Under the pieces are notes generated by a model. It was not told the DNA's origin and ran no database searches. It saw only the letters and a program-made list of their open reading frames with translations. Made by a program: the position numbers and the translations under genes. From a virus, in IMG/VR virus record IMGVR_UViG_2974641675_000001, positions 66,260 through 130,259 of that record: 64,000 bases of DNA. One strand, given 5' to 3'. Numbering within the stretch: position 1 is the stretch's first letter; every line of letters starts with the position of its first letter. Below are positions 37,615 through 46,900 of the stretch, piece after piece.

Positions 37615-38769
37615 TTATTTCTTCTTGAACAGGGCGATGGTTGCCGCCACTGCTGATAACACTACAGGCACACACTTAATGAGTTCCATTGTATTTTTTC
37701 TACTGACACTGAGCAGCTCCCCAACTTGCTTCTGCATGTACAGATCGTGTTCCTGAATCAACTTAGCGCGCTCGCGCTGTAGTTTCTCCAAGTCCTGACC
37801 ATGCCGCACCTCGCGCAATTGAGCGTCACGCTCCATGTTATCGCGCTCTTGCCTAGCTTTGAGTAAGCCGTTCTCTGCAGCCGTAGCCTTGGATTCCAAT
37901 TCCTGAATGCGGACATTGGCCTCCTCGATCTGAACGCTGCGACGATTCAGCAAAGCCTCTTGCTGACTCCCATACAACTTGTACGGAAGTTTTTTGTCGC
38001 TCTCATGCAGATCGAAACGATCAGTCATCAGCTTTTGCGGACCTGTGCCGTTGAGTAAGTTTTTGCTGTACGTGATGTAGATGCCATCCGTTACACGTTC
38101 GTCCTTACAAGCCACAATGCAGAATGGCTCATCCTCAACTAAGATCCAGCGCGACCCATACGCATCATTGTTATCCACGATGCGGATGTTGATCGTAAAG
38201 TCTCCCTTACGTAAGAACTCATTGTCTTCGCTGATATGCTGGAAAGAGTTGTACGTGTAACCTGCTTTTGAATATGGATGATGAATCCGCTCCATATCCT
38301 GTTGGCTCAATCCGTACATAACCACGATATCGTGCTCCTCAAGGTACACAACACCGTCGTTCTCCATCAGTTGCATTAGACTTAACCCACTCATTACCTC
38401 TACCGAGTACCGCTCGACTGTGGGTGGCTCGCCCGACCAGTTACTCAGTATCGCTCGATGTTGCGCGTGTCGCATCGAGTTCGGAGTGCTTCTGGCTTGG
38501 CGGATGTATTCCGATTTGGTTTCTGGTGTGCATTGTACTTGCTCGCAGATGAATAAGAAGTCCGGATCAAATACTCGCGATTCATTGCGTGGATTGATCG
38601 GAGTGAGAAAGCCTGATCGATCCCGAATGTAAACCACATCCGGGAACCGATTGACGAAGAATTTGGTCCGTTCGCAGTCCACTTTTCTTCGCCGCTCATT
38701 CAGCTGATCATAAGTCAGCTGTTTGACGTGGTCGAGGTAAAGTCTCTTCATTTGTTCGCCGGGGTTCAT
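37615..38769 (-). CDS. Hypothetical protein with a C-terminal coiled coil and hydrophobic tail (phiKZ gp122-like position)
   Basis: 384-aa ORF preceded by a TATTAC promoter motif. Confidence 0.7.
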   Translation of the reverse strand: MNPGEQMKRLYLDHVKQLTYDQLNERRRKVDCERTKFFVNRFPDVVYIRDRSGFLTPINPRNESRVFDPDFLFICEQVQCTPETKSEYIRQARSTPNSMRHAQHRAILSNWSGEPPTVERYSVEVMSGLSLMQLMENDGVVYLEEHDIVVMYGLSQQDMERIHHPYSKAGYTYNSFQHISEDNEFLRKGDFTINIRIVDNNDAYGSRWILVEDEPFCIVACKDERVTDGIYITYSKNLLNGTGPQKLMTDRFDLHESDKKLPYKLYGSQQEALLNRRSVQIEEANVRIQELESKATAAENGLLKARQERDNMERDAQLREVRHGQDLEKLQRERAKLIQEHDLYMQKQVGELLSVSRKNTMELIKCVPVVLSAVAATIALFKKK

Positions 38770-38872
38770 GATCTATGGTTTCCTATCTGTAGCACGTCAT
38801 CTTCAGATACGAGAAGACCATAGACCTTCTCGTTGGTCTATTTGGCAGCCTTTGATAGCTGTCACTCACATT

Positions 38873-38882
38873 GGTAATATGT
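38873..38882 (-). promoter_or_regulatory. phiKZ-type early promoter motif (ACATATTACC)
   Basis: Identical 10-mer at 38873, 46129, 57313 and 62282, always intergenic upstream of minus-strand genes. Confidence 0.6.
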
Positions 38883-39051
38883 GTCCATTATAGATTTCAT
38901 TCTAACGAGAAATTTCACGACGGCATAAATAGCAAAATAAAAAGAGAGGAGGCCGAAGCCTCCTCTCTTTGTGCTGTGCCTCTCGGCCGGAACCCCTTAA
39001 CCATTAGGCTCCGAACTCATTGAAGCCATCAGGGCTAGTGTTCCCGATCCT

Positions 39052-41211
39052 TCACGGAGTCGTGGTGGTGTTCAGCGAACCAGTAACCACAACCGGCACG
39101 CGGCTGTCGACGGTCGACGGAATACCAGTCACGGTGATCTCCAGCAGGATCGGCAGGTTGGTGATGTGGCGGAACGCCGGCTGAACGGTCAGTTCCTTGC
39201 TGTTCGCACCGTTACGGTGGATCGGCAGTACCACGGTCACTTCCGGCTTCCATGCCATGTTACCGAAGTGCAGCGGGTGCGGAATGCCGTCGGCAGCGCC
39301 CTTCACACCGAAGGTGATGAAGATCTTGCCGTGCATGCGCTCGTTCTGCGTGTCCACGATCATGACGTCTTCGAAGCCGCCACCGATGGTACGCAGATCG
39401 CCAGCAACCTGCAGGTAACGAGCCAGGGTCTGGTCGGTGCCGATGATCACGACCGGCTTGGCGCTTTCGCCACCAGCCAGCATGTCAGCCGCAGCCTTGT
39501 AGCCCGAGAGCTGGTAGGCACGGAAGACCATGTCACGGATCACGTTGATCAGGGTAGCCTGGATGTTGGCAGCCAGTTCAGCGCTGTTGCGGGTCTGCAC
39601 GGTCGAGTCGACCTTGATTTCCTGCTCTTCGTAGAAGGCAGTGATCAGGTGGCGAGCGATACCCAGCACCATCAGGTTGTCGCCCAGCGGACGACGGCCT
39701 TCTTGCACCAGAGCCTTCAGGGTGTCGGCAGCATCGAACAGCTCGTCCACGGCCTTGCCCGATGCCATCGCACGGGTCAGGGTCACCAGGGAAGCCAGAT
39801 CGCTGGCATCGGTCGTGTCGTTCAGGCCTTGCGGGCGCTTCACGGTGAACGGCGACAGCAGCGGCACGGCGTAAGCCTGCACGTCCTGACGAGTTTCCAG
39901 CATCTGGCCGATCGAGCGACGGTTCAGGTTGGTACGACGAGCGTCCAGGCGATAGCCGATCACTTGCGCGTCGTTGAACAGAGCCACGATGGCGGCGTAA
40001 GCCGGCGAGGACGGCAGAGCAACGTCGCCGTTCTGGTCGATGATCTTGTCGATGCGCACAGCGGAAGCGTTCAGCTCGGTGTCACCCTTGTCGCGAACGA
40101 CGGAGCCGGTAACGGTGGTCTTGATGTACACGACCAGGTTGCCGTCAACCACGGGCTTCAGGGTATCCAGAGCAGCGCCAGCCACGTTCAGAGTGGTCGG
40201 ACCCACGCTCAGAGCAGCGGTTTCCAGACGCACGTCCATGCGCTGCTGGTCACCCTGAACCGGGTAGTGGAACTGAGCACCCGGCAGGTGGGTCGTCGGG
40301 AATTCCAGCACGTCGTTGCCGACCTTGATCACGACGGACTTCAACAGGATGTCCGTGTCGATCGAATCGGTTTCGTCCATGTGACCCTGGTCCAGCTGCA
40401 GATCGGTCTGCGACAGGTCGATCAGGTCGAACACCTTGCCGATGGCCAGCGGTGCGGTCTGCACTTGTTCGCCGTTCACGTCGGTCGTGATCGGAGCGAC
40501 CAGAGCGGTGTCAACGAAGAACTGCTTGTAGCCGTCGCGGTACACCGGAGCGATCTTGGTCGAGGTGCTGTTGATCAGGCCCGGATTACGGATCACGTTG
40601 ACGATGTTGTGGCGGTTCCAGTTGTCCAGTTCGCCGGTGGCCTTACGGCGCACGCCGTTGATCAGGTTCACCAGGTTCAGGTGGATGTGGTAGCCTTGCT
40701 GGTCGGGAGCCACGACCACGGTCGGGTAGAAGGCTTCGCCGAACGCGTCTTGGCGAGCAGCTTGCAGGTTGTACGCCACGGTGTACACGGCAGCGGCGCG
40801 GTTTTCCTTCTCGTCGTACGATTCCAGCGCCGGAGCGATACGATCGATACCACCGGTAGCGGCCATCGCACCCGGGACGTTGGACATGTTGCTGTTGCGC
40901 AGGAACGCACCGATATCGCCGGTGATGGCGCCAGCCATCACAGCAGCTTCGCGTTGAGCCGAGGTCAGGTCGGCTTCGAGGCCGGCGACGACGTTGGTCA
41001 GGCTGTCGATGGACATTTGCAGATCGGAAGCGGCGACGGCATCGTCAGCGAACGATTCCAGGCCCAGAGCCAGGCCAGCGCCCTTGGCGGAAACCAGGGA
41101 GTCACGGCCGGACAGACGCATGTTGGAGGCAACGGCCTCGATGGTAGCTTCCAGTTGGGTCGATGCACCGCTGCCATTCTTGGCAGCAAACAGCTTTTTG
41201 AGTTGAGACAT
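39052..41211 (-). CDS. Major capsid protein (phiKZ gp120-like)
   Basis: 719 aa; extreme codon bias; N-terminal propeptide with ALGLESF motif; adjacent to DnaB as in phiKZ. Confidence 0.85.
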   Translation of the reverse strand: MSQLKKLFAAKNGSGASTQLEATIEAVASNMRLSGRDSLVSAKGAGLALGLESFADDAVAASDLQMSIDSLTNVVAGLEADLTSAQREAAVMAGAITGDIGAFLRNSNMSNVPGAMAATGGIDRIAPALESYDEKENRAAAVYTVAYNLQAARQDAFGEAFYPTVVVAPDQQGYHIHLNLVNLINGVRRKATGELDNWNRHNIVNVIRNPGLINSTSTKIAPVYRDGYKQFFVDTALVAPITTDVNGEQVQTAPLAIGKVFDLIDLSQTDLQLDQGHMDETDSIDTDILLKSVVIKVGNDVLEFPTTHLPGAQFHYPVQGDQQRMDVRLETAALSVGPTTLNVAGAALDTLKPVVDGNLVVYIKTTVTGSVVRDKGDTELNASAVRIDKIIDQNGDVALPSSPAYAAIVALFNDAQVIGYRLDARRTNLNRRSIGQMLETRQDVQAYAVPLLSPFTVKRPQGLNDTTDASDLASLVTLTRAMASGKAVDELFDAADTLKALVQEGRRPLGDNLMVLGIARHLITAFYEEQEIKVDSTVQTRNSAELAANIQATLINVIRDMVFRAYQLSGYKAAADMLAGGESAKPVVIIGTDQTLARYLQVAGDLRTIGGGFEDVMIVDTQNERMHGKIFITFGVKGAADGIPHPLHFGNMAWKPEVTVVLPIHRNGANSKELTVQPAFRHITNLPILLEITVTGIPSTVDSRVPVVVTGSLNTTTTP

Positions 41212-41260
41212 TTCTCGGTTTTCCTAGGAAAAAAGGGTGATGTAATTACAGGATCGATCG

Positions 41261-41824
41261 TTAATGCATTAACGACTCAATGTAGGCCTGGCCCACGGGA
41301 CGAGACACCAACTCGTGGTAATCTTCATACACATAGAGCTGTTTAGCCATACACCGAAGCAAGTTGATCGAATTCTTCACGTGCTCTGCCAGAGTAAACC
41401 CCTGCTTCAGCACGACAGCGATCGCGAGATCACCCATCAGAGATACTTCAAAAGTCTCTGCAGGCGGCACGTAACCGGCCGATACCGAAACAGCTGAAGA
41501 CGGTTCAACCACCAAACGACGCAAGGTCTCTTCTTGCGTGAGTTCAGAAGCAGCGAGGGCAGCGATGTCCGTAATGGCTTGTTGAACACGCGCATCGCTT
41601 GCCGAAGCAAGCCAACGAGCGGTCCACGAGATCGTATCAGATCCTACGCCATTGCCGGCAAAAAGTTGGGCTTGGTAGCCCAGTGCTGCAAGACTCGTGA
41701 GGTCTTCAGTGGAAAAGAACGGGCGAATCCTTTCAAATGATAGGAGATCTTCCGTCTTGAGGCTGTTGCGCTTCAAAACAGGGATGATCCACCACGGAAT
41801 GAAAGCGAATTGTTTCTCTTGCAT
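41261..41824 (-). CDS. Hypothetical virion-associated protein (phiKZ gp119-like position)
   Basis: 187-aa ORF between MCP and DnaB. Confidence 0.65.
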   Translation of the reverse strand: MQEKQFAFIPWWIIPVLKRNSLKTEDLLSFERIRPFFSTEDLTSLAALGYQAQLFAGNGVGSDTISWTARWLASASDARVQQAITDIAALAASELTQEETLRRLVVEPSSAVSVSAGYVPPAETFEVSLMGDLAIAVVLKQGFTLAEHVKNSINLLRCMAKQLYVYEDYHELVSRPVGQAYIESLMH

Positions 41825-41925
41825 ATTAATGGTGTCTTTTTTACCGGATTAAATCCGCAAAATAAAAGGGAGTCGTCACAGCGAACGTACCGCGACGACT
41901 CGACGGTAGTGTTTTAGGCTGCTCA

Positions 41926-41934
41926 AATAATTAC
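41926..41934 (+). promoter_or_regulatory. Possible middle-type promoter (AATAATTAC) upstream of dnaB
   Basis: Resembles the phiKZ middle consensus AAanntTAC in a divergent intergenic region. Confidence 0.3.
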
Positions 41935-42048
41935 CGCACTTACGTACGCTAGTTAGAAAAAACTCCTCTTGCCTTTTTGTATGTAGGCAGAGCTAAGAGT
42001 CTGCCAGCCGTTTACCATCATTCACCATAAGAACAGTCGTCAGCCATC

Positions 42049-43584
42049 ATGAAAGATATTCTGCTCCTCATTCGTGCGATCACCTTGTTGTTCCGCGAAA
42101 GTCAGCTGGACATCGGTGCGACCAGCTCGCCCGAGATTGTTAAAGAAGTAGCGGAGACCGTCAAGCCGCCTGAGATGGCTGTCGGGTCTAGCGATAATGA
42201 TCGTGACATGGTCATGGGACTCCGTTCCATTGCCGTTGGCATGGCCACCAACCCGGAAGGCACAAAATACGTTGCAGACGACCTCCTGCAACGCGTACGT
42301 CTGCTGACTCGCCATGACGAGTCGCTGTACGACTCGCTGAAGGAAGGCATCGTCGGCGAGATGTCGGAAGAGTCGCTGAAACTCATCACTGGCAATATCC
42401 GTCAAGAACTCAATGTGTATCTGCGCGAGGTACAGGCTCTCAACATCATTAAAGAGAACTCGCGCAAAGCTTCGTTCGATCGCGACAGCATTGGTAACCT
42501 GCCAGAATTCATCGCAAACTTCCGTGCAGCGCTGGAACAGTACGAAACGAACGTCAAAGAGAAAGATCCTGCCATCGTTGGTGAAGTCAAGGTCAGTGAC
42601 GGTGACCGTGTTGAAGCCGTGTTCCAGCAAGCCAAAGAGCTGAACAACGAAGACGGCATTATGAAAACCGGTTGGCAAGCGCTCAACCGTATGTTGCAAG
42701 GTGGTTTCCGGCGTGGCGAAGAGTGTGTGATCGGTGCACTCCAGCACAACTTCAAGACAGGCTTCACGCTGTCTCTCTTCAAACAGATCGCTCTGTACAA
42801 CGTACCGTACATGATCGATAAGAAGAAGAAGCCATTGCTGTTGCGCATTACCTTCGAAGATCCGCTGAGCCTGAACTTCCCGTTCCTCTTCCGCAACATT
42901 AAAGAGAACGAGACTGGTGAACACGCCAATGTGGTAAATACACCAGTGGAAGAGATGGCAGCTTTCGTACAAGAGAAGCTGACCGTCAACGGCTACGAGA
43001 TCATGATGGTGCACGTGAACCCGTCGATGTGGGGTTACCGTGATATCCAGAACTATGTTCTGTCCCTAGAAGCCGAAGGTTACGAGATTCACATGCTGAT
43101 GCTGGACTACCTGAACATGGTAGACAAGCGTGGTCTCGATAATACTGGTCCGACTGGTTCGAACATCCGTGATCTCTTCCGTCGTATGCGGAACTTCTGT
43201 GCGCCGCGCAAGATCACTCTGATCACGCCGCACCAGCTGTCGACCGAAGCGAAGATGTTGATTCGCCAAGGCAACGAAGAGTCGTTCGTGAAGGACATTG
43301 CGAACAAGGGCTACTACGACAGTTGCCGCACACTGGATCAAGAGGTAGATCTTGAGATCTATATTCACATTGTGAAAGCGGACGGCAAATCGTGGCTCAC
43401 GATACAACGCGGAAAACACAGGCTAATTCAACAGACTAAAGAGGAATACAAGTTCTGTGTCTTGCCTTTCGAGGACATCGGGGATATCAGAGACGACGTG
43501 AATGGTAAGGACACGTCGAGGAAGAAACCCGCTGGCCCAATGGATGGTGAAAAGCCTGGCTTCTGGGACTTTGATCCGCTGTAA
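42049..43584 (+). CDS. dnaB: DnaB-like replicative helicase (phiKZ gp118-like)
   Basis: TGWQALNRMLQGGFRRGE, variant Walker A GALQHNFKT, MLDYLNM and TPHQLS. Confidence 0.85.
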   Translation: MKDILLLIRAITLLFRESQLDIGATSSPEIVKEVAETVKPPEMAVGSSDNDRDMVMGLRSIAVGMATNPEGTKYVADDLLQRVRLLTRHDESLYDSLKEGIVGEMSEESLKLITGNIRQELNVYLREVQALNIIKENSRKASFDRDSIGNLPEFIANFRAALEQYETNVKEKDPAIVGEVKVSDGDRVEAVFQQAKELNNEDGIMKTGWQALNRMLQGGFRRGEECVIGALQHNFKTGFTLSLFKQIALYNVPYMIDKKKKPLLLRITFEDPLSLNFPFLFRNIKENETGEHANVVNTPVEEMAAFVQEKLTVNGYEIMMVHVNPSMWGYRDIQNYVLSLEAEGYEIHMLMLDYLNMVDKRGLDNTGPTGSNIRDLFRRMRNFCAPRKITLITPHQLSTEAKMLIRQGNEESFVKDIANKGYYDSCRTLDQEVDLEIYIHIVKADGKSWLTIQRGKHRLIQQTKEEYKFCVLPFEDIGDIRDDVNGKDTSRKKPAGPMDGEKPGFWDFDPL

Positions 43585-43602
43585 GAGGCAAAAAAAAATA
43601 GT

Positions 43603-43642
43603 GGCATAAAGAGCGAGGGCCGTAAGGCCCTCGCTTATGCTG
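43603..43642. terminator. GCATAA/TTATG-flanked bidirectional hairpin
   Basis: GGCATAAAGAGCGAGGGCC-GTAA-GGCCCTCGCTTATGCTG between dnaB and the HNH gene. Confidence 0.65.
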
Positions 43643-43643
43643 C

Positions 43644-44435
43644 TTATTTAGCAGCGATATCTTTGAAAGACTCGCCTCGAAAGACTCTCAGATAAGTTCT
43701 ACCTTTATCTAAGCCGAGCAAGCCGCACCACCACTCCAACGGATGAGTCTGCTCGTCTTCCTTCAATCCAGACGTAGAGAAAGTTATTTCTCTTTCAGCC
43801 ATAGCTTTAGAAACAACCTTCTCGAAAGACCAACCGAGCTTATGAATACGTTGCCAGATAGTGCTATGCGATAAGCCAAGCGCCCGACACCAATCGGGTA
43901 GTGTCATTTTCCAGCCATGAAATTCGTAGTAGATGCTGCTACGTCTATTATTGGCTTGTTCGGTGCGAGTTGCCCACTTGCAATTGGATTTACGGTACGG
44001 GCCATTATTGTCTTCTCGCTCGATGGAATACTCGGACGAAGGGCGCGGACCCATATCGTGCAAGAAAGTTTCGAAGCTTTCCTTCCATTCATCCGACATC
44101 GTGATTCCGCGAGCCCCGTAGTCTTTATAAGACGGCGACTTTGGATCGTAGCAGCGAAGCTTGATAGTGTTCCATACCTTGTATTCTGGATACGCACAGT
44201 AGCCGTGTTTGGTGTTGGTATCTTTCGTTACTTCAATTGCGAGACAACCACAGCTATTTGTGTAACCAGCGTTCAAATGAGAAGTTTGCGGTTTGATGGT
44301 ATTTCCGCATCCTCCTAGTTCTGGATCACACAGGCATTCCCAGAGGATCTTTCCATGCTCATTCCTTTCAGGAAGTTTACGGAGGACTCTGAGCCTCCCA
44401 AAGGTTTTGTTGCTGAGATCGATGGCTGCTGGCAT
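43644..44435 (-). CDS. Free-standing HNH-family (homing-type) endonuclease
   Basis: N-terminal FGRLRV..WECLCD..CG..SCGC; core YGARGI..EW...SIEREDNNGPY..SNCKWAT..EQANNRR; visibly AT-richer than its flanks. Confidence 0.8.
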   Translation of the reverse strand: MPAAIDLSNKTFGRLRVLRKLPERNEHGKILWECLCDPELGGCGNTIKPQTSHLNAGYTNSCGCLAIEVTKDTNTKHGYCAYPEYKVWNTIKLRCYDPKSPSYKDYGARGITMSDEWKESFETFLHDMGPRPSSEYSIEREDNNGPYRKSNCKWATRTEQANNRRSSIYYEFHGWKMTLPDWCRALGLSHSTIWQRIHKLGWSFEKVVSKAMAEREITFSTSGLKEDEQTHPLEWWCGLLGLDKGRTYLRVFRGESFKDIAAK

Positions 44436-44524
44436 GATAAGTTCGCATAAGCTGGCGGAGGTAACTCCGAAACGATAGATTAAGCATGAGAGTAAATACT
44501 CTCTAGAAAAAATAAGTGCAGTAG

Positions 44525-44570
44525 CAGCATAAGCGAGAGAGGCCACCCGGCCTCTCTCGCTTTTATGTCG
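44525..44570 (-). terminator. GCATAA/TTATG-flanked hairpin
   Basis: CAGCATAAGCGAGAGAGGCC-ACCC-GGCCTCTCTCGCTTTTATGTCG. Confidence 0.6.
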
Positions 44571-44574
44571 CTGA

Positions 44575-45150
44575 TTACTTCTTCAACGATGCATTGAGTT
44601 CGTCAACGACCTTACGGACTTTGTCTTCATCCATGTAGTCGTAACCGCTCAGCTTGTCGACGTGGATGCTGATGCTGTAACCGAACTCACCATGGCCGAA
44701 CGTCTTGCGTTCGAGTGAGAAGCTCGTGATCTTCGCCGGAGCTTCCTCGATAGAACGTGTGTCGTTCAAAGCGTCAGCGTATGCCTTTAACCCAGCCACT
44801 GGCATATCTCCGACTACGCTCTTAGGTGGAAGGTAATCCGCATCTTCGAGCACGATGTACGGCGTTGCATCGTTGGACGTACTCGGGGACTCGTTGGTCA
44901 GGCGATCAGCGGCTTCGAGGATCTCTGGGCATGCCGACCTGTCGCCGTTCATAGCTGCATTGAACATTGCCGCCGACTCAAGTAGCGATACCGAACCCGG
45001 CAGAATATCCAGCATTTCCGGAGCGGTCTCCAGCCAGAGCATGACGGGTTCGCCGGCAGCGTCAGTGTCAGGCCAGCTCTTAATCAGTTCCTTGAGGTCT
45101 TTTACCGAGATGCCTTCAGGGAATACTTGCGGGAATTGTTCGACGGTCAT
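44575..45150 (-). CDS. Hypothetical protein
   Basis: GGAGAG RBS; 191 aa. Confidence 0.65.
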   Translation of the reverse strand: MTVEQFPQVFPEGISVKDLKELIKSWPDTDAAGEPVMLWLETAPEMLDILPGSVSLLESAAMFNAAMNGDRSACPEILEAADRLTNESPSTSNDATPYIVLEDADYLPPKSVVGDMPVAGLKAYADALNDTRSIEEAPAKITSFSLERKTFGHGEFGYSISIHVDKLSGYDYMDEDKVRKVVDELNASLKK

Positions 45151-45240
45151 GACTCTCTCCTAACTATGGTTTATGTTTACTGCTCTGATAATGAAGAACG
45201 GCTTAGAGAGGGTAGGCCCTCTCTACGCAATTCTCACGCA

Positions 45241-45588
45241 TTACATCGGGGTGAGGTTGTACTTGACCATGTAGCGTTCGATCTCCATGTTGCGGTCGCT
45301 GAGGTTGTCGTAGAAGCAAACGCTGTCATTGCCGCATTGTTTCTCGACCTCCTTGAGCCACTTTTTGTGGAACTTAGGGATGACGTCCTTCTCGTTCTGC
45401 GGGACGTTGCTGGACGACATGATGCGGCTGTAGTTGCCCTTCATGCGAGTCATGCCACCGTTGATGGCCAGGTTGTAGCAGTTGTCATACTCGCGCTGGT
45501 CTTGCTTGGCTTCGCACATCGAGTTGCGCATGGCGAAGGACTGGGTGCTGATTGCTGCAAGGATGAGGACTGCGAAAAGCTTTTTCAT
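45241..45588 (-). CDS. Secreted 4-Cys protein, LprI/DUF1311-like
   Basis: Signal peptide MKKLFAVLILAAISTQSFA; C-x11-C ... Y ... KWLKEVEKQC-x5-C. Confidence 0.6.
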   Translation of the reverse strand: MKKLFAVLILAAISTQSFAMRNSMCEAKQDQREYDNCYNLAINGGMTRMKGNYSRIMSSSNVPQNEKDVIPKFHKKWLKEVEKQCGNDSVCFYDNLSDRNMEIERYMVKYNLTPM

Positions 45589-45666
45589 GATGAATCTCCT
45601 AGATGACAAAAAAGAAAGCAGAGAGGACATCCTCTCTGCTCTATGCTGCGATTGCGATGGTGCGGG

Positions 45667-46092
45667 TTAAGCGGCGAGACGCTCGCGCAGCTTAGCCATG
45701 TCTTGTTGATCGAGAGCAAGCTTCTCGACGTGTTCCGGCGGCCGCTGGATGTTTTCCTTTTGGATCAGGATCTCAGCCGCCGAGTAGCAGCAGACACCAT
45801 TTACCACGACGTACTTCTTGTCGGGACTGATGCCACGATGCAGGGCGTAATCACCATAGGCGATGTATTCGCCCATAATCGTGGTGCGAACTTCAGCGCC
45901 TTCATAGCGGCAGAGCTTGCGCTTGATCTGATCGTAGAGTTCTTCCGAGATGTCCAGATCCAGGTCTTCGGTTTCTTTGCGCAGACCGATCATCAGCAGA
46001 GCACCACCGGCTGACAGGACCAGTTCCTTGATGGTCAGGCGATGTTGTTTGCGAAAACGCTCGTAAGCTACGATGAGTTCGGATTTGTTCAT
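45667..46092 (-). CDS. Small nucleotidyltransferase-fold protein
   Basis: SAGGALLMIGLRKETEDLDLD matches hG[GS]x9-13DhD. Confidence 0.6.
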   Translation of the reverse strand: MNKSELIVAYERFRKQHRLTIKELVLSAGGALLMIGLRKETEDLDLDISEELYDQIKRKLCRYEGAEVRTTIMGEYIAYGDYALHRGISPDKKYVVVNGVCCYSAAEILIQKENIQRPPEHVEKLALDQQDMAKLRERLAA

Positions 46093-46128
46093 GAGTGTCT
46101 TTCAGATCCTAGTGGTTTAACACAAGTT

Positions 46129-46138
46129 GGTAATATGT
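46129..46138 (-). promoter_or_regulatory. phiKZ-type early promoter motif (ACATATTACC)
   Basis: Repeat copy upstream of the NTase gene at 46092. Confidence 0.6.
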
Positions 46139-46150
46139 AGCTGACTTTGT

Positions 46151-46351
46151 TTAGGATTTATGGCTCTTAACCGGAACCACGGAATTGCCAGTCCGGATAC
46201 CGGTAACGGTGATACCTTTGCGCTTTGCCATCTTGACTTCATTAGCAATGATGGTCTGACGCTCGGACGCGGGAACATTCTTCCAGCCTTCCGGAGTAAC
46301 AAGTTCGCCAAGCGCATTGAGGATGAGTTTCTTGTCTTTGGGAGACGCCAT
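46151..46351 (-). CDS. Small basic hypothetical protein
   Basis: GAGG RBS; 66 aa. Confidence 0.55.
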   Translation of the reverse strand: MASPKDKKLILNALGELVTPEGWKNVPASERQTIIANEVKMAKRKGITVTGIRTGNSVVPVKSHKS

Positions 46352-46460
46352 GTTCCTTACTCCTCAGATGCAGGCCGGGAAGTCCCAGCTCTCGATTTCC
46401 AGCAGGAGATCAGTCATGCTGATCCAGACGACGTTCGAATTCATTGCGAGACCTTTCTGA

Positions 46461-46838
46461 TCAGTTGAGGCGTTGGTCAGGAACTCCAAACTTATATGTT
46501 TCCTGGTAAGTAAAGTCCTTGAACTTCTGGATCTGCTCGATGTAGCAGGCGTCGTCTGGATAGCCCAGCTCACCTTTCTTGCAGACGCGGTTGGCTTCAG
46601 CCGAGATAGCTTGGCGCTTGGCTTCGACTTTTTGCTTCACAACTGCAGGAACCTCCTTTGACTCCTGCACTGCGAAGTTGTACTCGTCAGCCTCTTGCAG
46701 GTAGCTGCCGACTAGATTCGACCAGCAATTGGTGCGTTCTGCCTTAGTCGGCAGGGTATCGCAGGTATTGACAGCGAAGGCGCTGGAGGCCGTCAGAGCG
46801 ATTACAATCGCTAGGATATAGTTGCGCATGTTGTTCAC
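46461..46838 (-). CDS. Secreted 4-Cys protein, LprI/DUF1311-like (paralogue of 45241-45588)
   Basis: Signal peptide ending AFA; C-x11-C ... C-x11-C. Confidence 0.55.
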   Translation of the reverse strand: MNNMRNYILAIVIALTASSAFAVNTCDTLPTKAERTNCWSNLVGSYLQEADEYNFAVQESKEVPAVVKQKVEAKRQAISAEANRVCKKGELGYPDDACYIEQIQKFKDFTYQETYKFGVPDQRLN

Positions 46839-46900
46839 CTTTTAATCGGCATAGAGAGCAGCCTAGGCTGCTCCTACGGGGTTTTGGAGTGGATTTATGT

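Noticed and set aside
39166-41346. Very long antisense ORFs (726 aa here; also 30359-32965, 34017-35822, 35841-37607 and 14749-16335)
   Set aside because: Shadow frames from strong codon bias in highly expressed genes; no motifs or RBS
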